From Anaerohalosphaeraceae bacterium (GTDB lineage: Bacteria > Planctomycetota > Phycisphaerae > Sedimentisphaerales > Anaerohalosphaeraceae), in assembly GCA_963675525.2 (NCBI GenBank), contig CAXXSL010000004.1, positions 1-38,006 of the forward strand: 38,006 bases of DNA. Reading direction: 5' to 3'. Positions 36,424-38,006 of the stretch are shown here, piece after piece. The notes under the pieces were generated by a model. That model ran no database searches. It saw only the letters and a list, made by a program, of their open reading frames with translations, and was not told the DNA's origin. The position numbers were made by a program, and so were the translations under genes. The number at the start of each line of letters is the position of its first letter. Within the stretch, counting starts at the first letter, position 1.

Positions 36424-38006
36424 ATGGACGAAGCGAAGAAACTCAAGAAGAACCTGGGACTGTTGGACGTATTTTCCATCGCATCCGGGGCCATGATCAG
36501 TTCCGGACTATTCGTCCTGCCGGCGATCGTCTATCGTGAGGGCGGACCGTCGATCATCGCATCCTACATGCTGGCCTCGTTACTGATCTTGCCCAGTGTT
36601 TTCGCCAAGGCCGAACTGGCCACGGCCATGCCGCGTTCGGGCGGAACCTATTTCTATACCAAACGCAGCCTCGGCGGATTGTGGGGACTGTTCTGCGGAC
36701 TGTCGGACTGGTTTTCCCTGGCGCTGAAAAGTGCGTTCGCGATCATGGGTATCGCACTGTTTTGCCGAATGTTTTGCCGGTATGCTTTTGACTATCACCT
36801 CACCGACGTGGCCTTCAAAACCATTGCGGTAGGGGCATGTATTTTCTTCGGAACCTTGAACTACGTTAGCGTCAAAAGCACTGCACGCTTTCAAATTTTT
36901 TTGGTGATATATATGATTGCTGTGCTGATCGCATTTATTGTTATCGGCATATCCAGTGTTCACCCCGCTCGGTTTCACCCGTTCGTTCCGCCGGAGGCAC
37001 CGCATGGCAAATTGACCATCCTGTCGCTGGCGGGCGCAGTATTTATCAGCTTCGGCGGATTAACTCAAGTGACAGCTATTGCCGAAGAAGTGCATCATCC
37101 GGGACGGCGACTACCAATAGGAATGCTGCTGGCGTGGGGAGTTGTGTCATTTTTTTATGCGGTCGTGGTATTTATCACCGTCGGCGTGCTGGACAGCGTC
37201 GAACTGTCAGCTTCTGACGCACCGATTTCCACCGCAGCGAATGCATTCATGGGTACACCCGGCGTCGTGCTGTTGACACTGGCCGCTCTGGCGGCATTCA
37301 TCACTACGGCCAATGGCGGTATCCTGTCGGCATCGCGAAGCCCGATGGCGATGAGCCGGGATCATCTGCTGCCCGGAAAATTGGCACACATCAGTAAACG
37401 TTTCGGCACACCGGCATACAGTATTCTTATCACATGCGGATTCATGATCGTGGCGATCATATTTCTGGAGCTGGAGATACTGGTCAAGACCGCATCGGCT
37501 TTGCTGCTGTTGATGTTTTTGATGGACAACCTCAGCGTCATCCTGATGCGGCAGAGCGGGATCCAGACCTACCGCCCAAAGTTCAGGATGCCCTTCTATC
37601 CGTATCTGCCGGTAGTTACCATTATCCTGTATATTGTCCTGCTGCTGGAGATGGGGGCGGTGCCGCTGCTGGTCAGCGGGGGCTTTCTGGTCGCCAGTAT
37701 CATCTGGTACAAACTCTACACCGCTGACCGGTTTCGACGGGATTCGGCGGTGATGCATGTGGTGCAGCGGGTGACGGATAAGGAGATCCTGTCACCGACA
37801 TTGGAAAACGAACTGCGGGATATTCTGCTGGAGCGGGACAATATTATCGCCGACCGGTTTGACCATCTGCTCAACGATTGTACAATCTTTGATCTTAAAG
37901 GCAAGAAAACGGCTCAGGAGGTTTTTGAGCAGGCGGCGGCTGTGTTTTCGGAAAAGTTGGGTGTGGACAAACAGGTGCTGGTGGCTAAACTGCTGGCGCG
38001 TGAGGC
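36424..38006 (+). CDS. APC-family amino acid permease, apparently fused to a C-terminal PTS EIIA-like domain; truncated by the window edge
   Basis: Manual translation: MDEAKKLKKNLGLLDVFSIASGAMISSGLFVLP..AELATAMPRSGGTYFY..AEEV..SRSPMAMSRD..FGTP..YRPKF.., then soluble ..LENELRDILLERDNII..LLARE. Not in the ORF track because no stop codon falls in the window. Confidence 0.88.
   Translation, partial: MDEAKKLKKNLGLLDVFSIASGAMISSGLFVLPAIVYREGGPSIIASYMLASLLILPSVFAKAELATAMPRSGGTYFYTKRSLGGLWGLFCGLSDWFSLALKSAFAIMGIALFCRMFCRYAFDYHLTDVAFKTIAVGACIFFGTLNYVSVKSTARFQIFLVIYMIAVLIAFIVIGISSVHPARFHPFVPPEAPHGKLTILSLAGAVFISFGGLTQVTAIAEEVHHPGRRLPIGMLLAWGVVSFFYAVVVFITVGVLDSVELSASDAPISTAANAFMGTPGVVLLTLAALAAFITTANGGILSASRSPMAMSRDHLLPGKLAHISKRFGTPAYSILITCGFMIVAIIFLELEILVKTASALLLLMFLMDNLSVILMRQSGIQTYRPKFRMPFYPYLPVVTIILYIVLLLEMGAVPLLVSGGFLVASIIWYKLYTADRFRRDSAVMHVVQRVTDKEILSPTLENELRDILLERDNIIADRFDHLLNDCTIFDLKGKKTAQEVFEQAAAVFSEKLGVDKQVLVAKLLARE

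Overview
A bacterial chromosomal window, probably Planctomycetota/Phycisphaerae. That assignment is inference from the gene styles and intergenic repeat types. It is mostly housekeeping: DUF1015 plus a class V aminotransferase, asd, truA, two glycosyltransferases, yjbQ, a LysE-type exporter, YihY, an AsmA-like protein, rpsB-tsf-pyrH-frr, mlaD/merR/rnpA/PilC-like/EIIA, a PQQ-type propeller, a NUDIX hydrolase, an FAD/Fe-S oxidoreductase, ribF and a partial APC permease-EIIA fusion. Six things stand out. (1) A three-gene sulfur-trafficking operon at 3539-8029: an apparently exported persulfide-dioxygenase-like/triple-rhodanese protein ending in a Pro-rich tail and terminal Cys, plus a split YeeE/YedE transporter fused to three rhodanese domains. 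(2) The promoter of that operon is a collinear, gap-compressed copy of the sequence just upstream of it. (3) A candidate ~147-nt four-way-junction ncRNA at 21432-21578. (4) An AT-rich membrane-anchored TerB-repeat/PH-like/HNH gene at 29652-31124, a defence candidate. (5) Next to it, a 1.1-kb stack of lone arms from many different short palindromic/tandem repeat families. (6) Two genes with apparent +1 frameshifts. No rRNA, tRNA, CRISPR array or intact transposase/integrase was seen.
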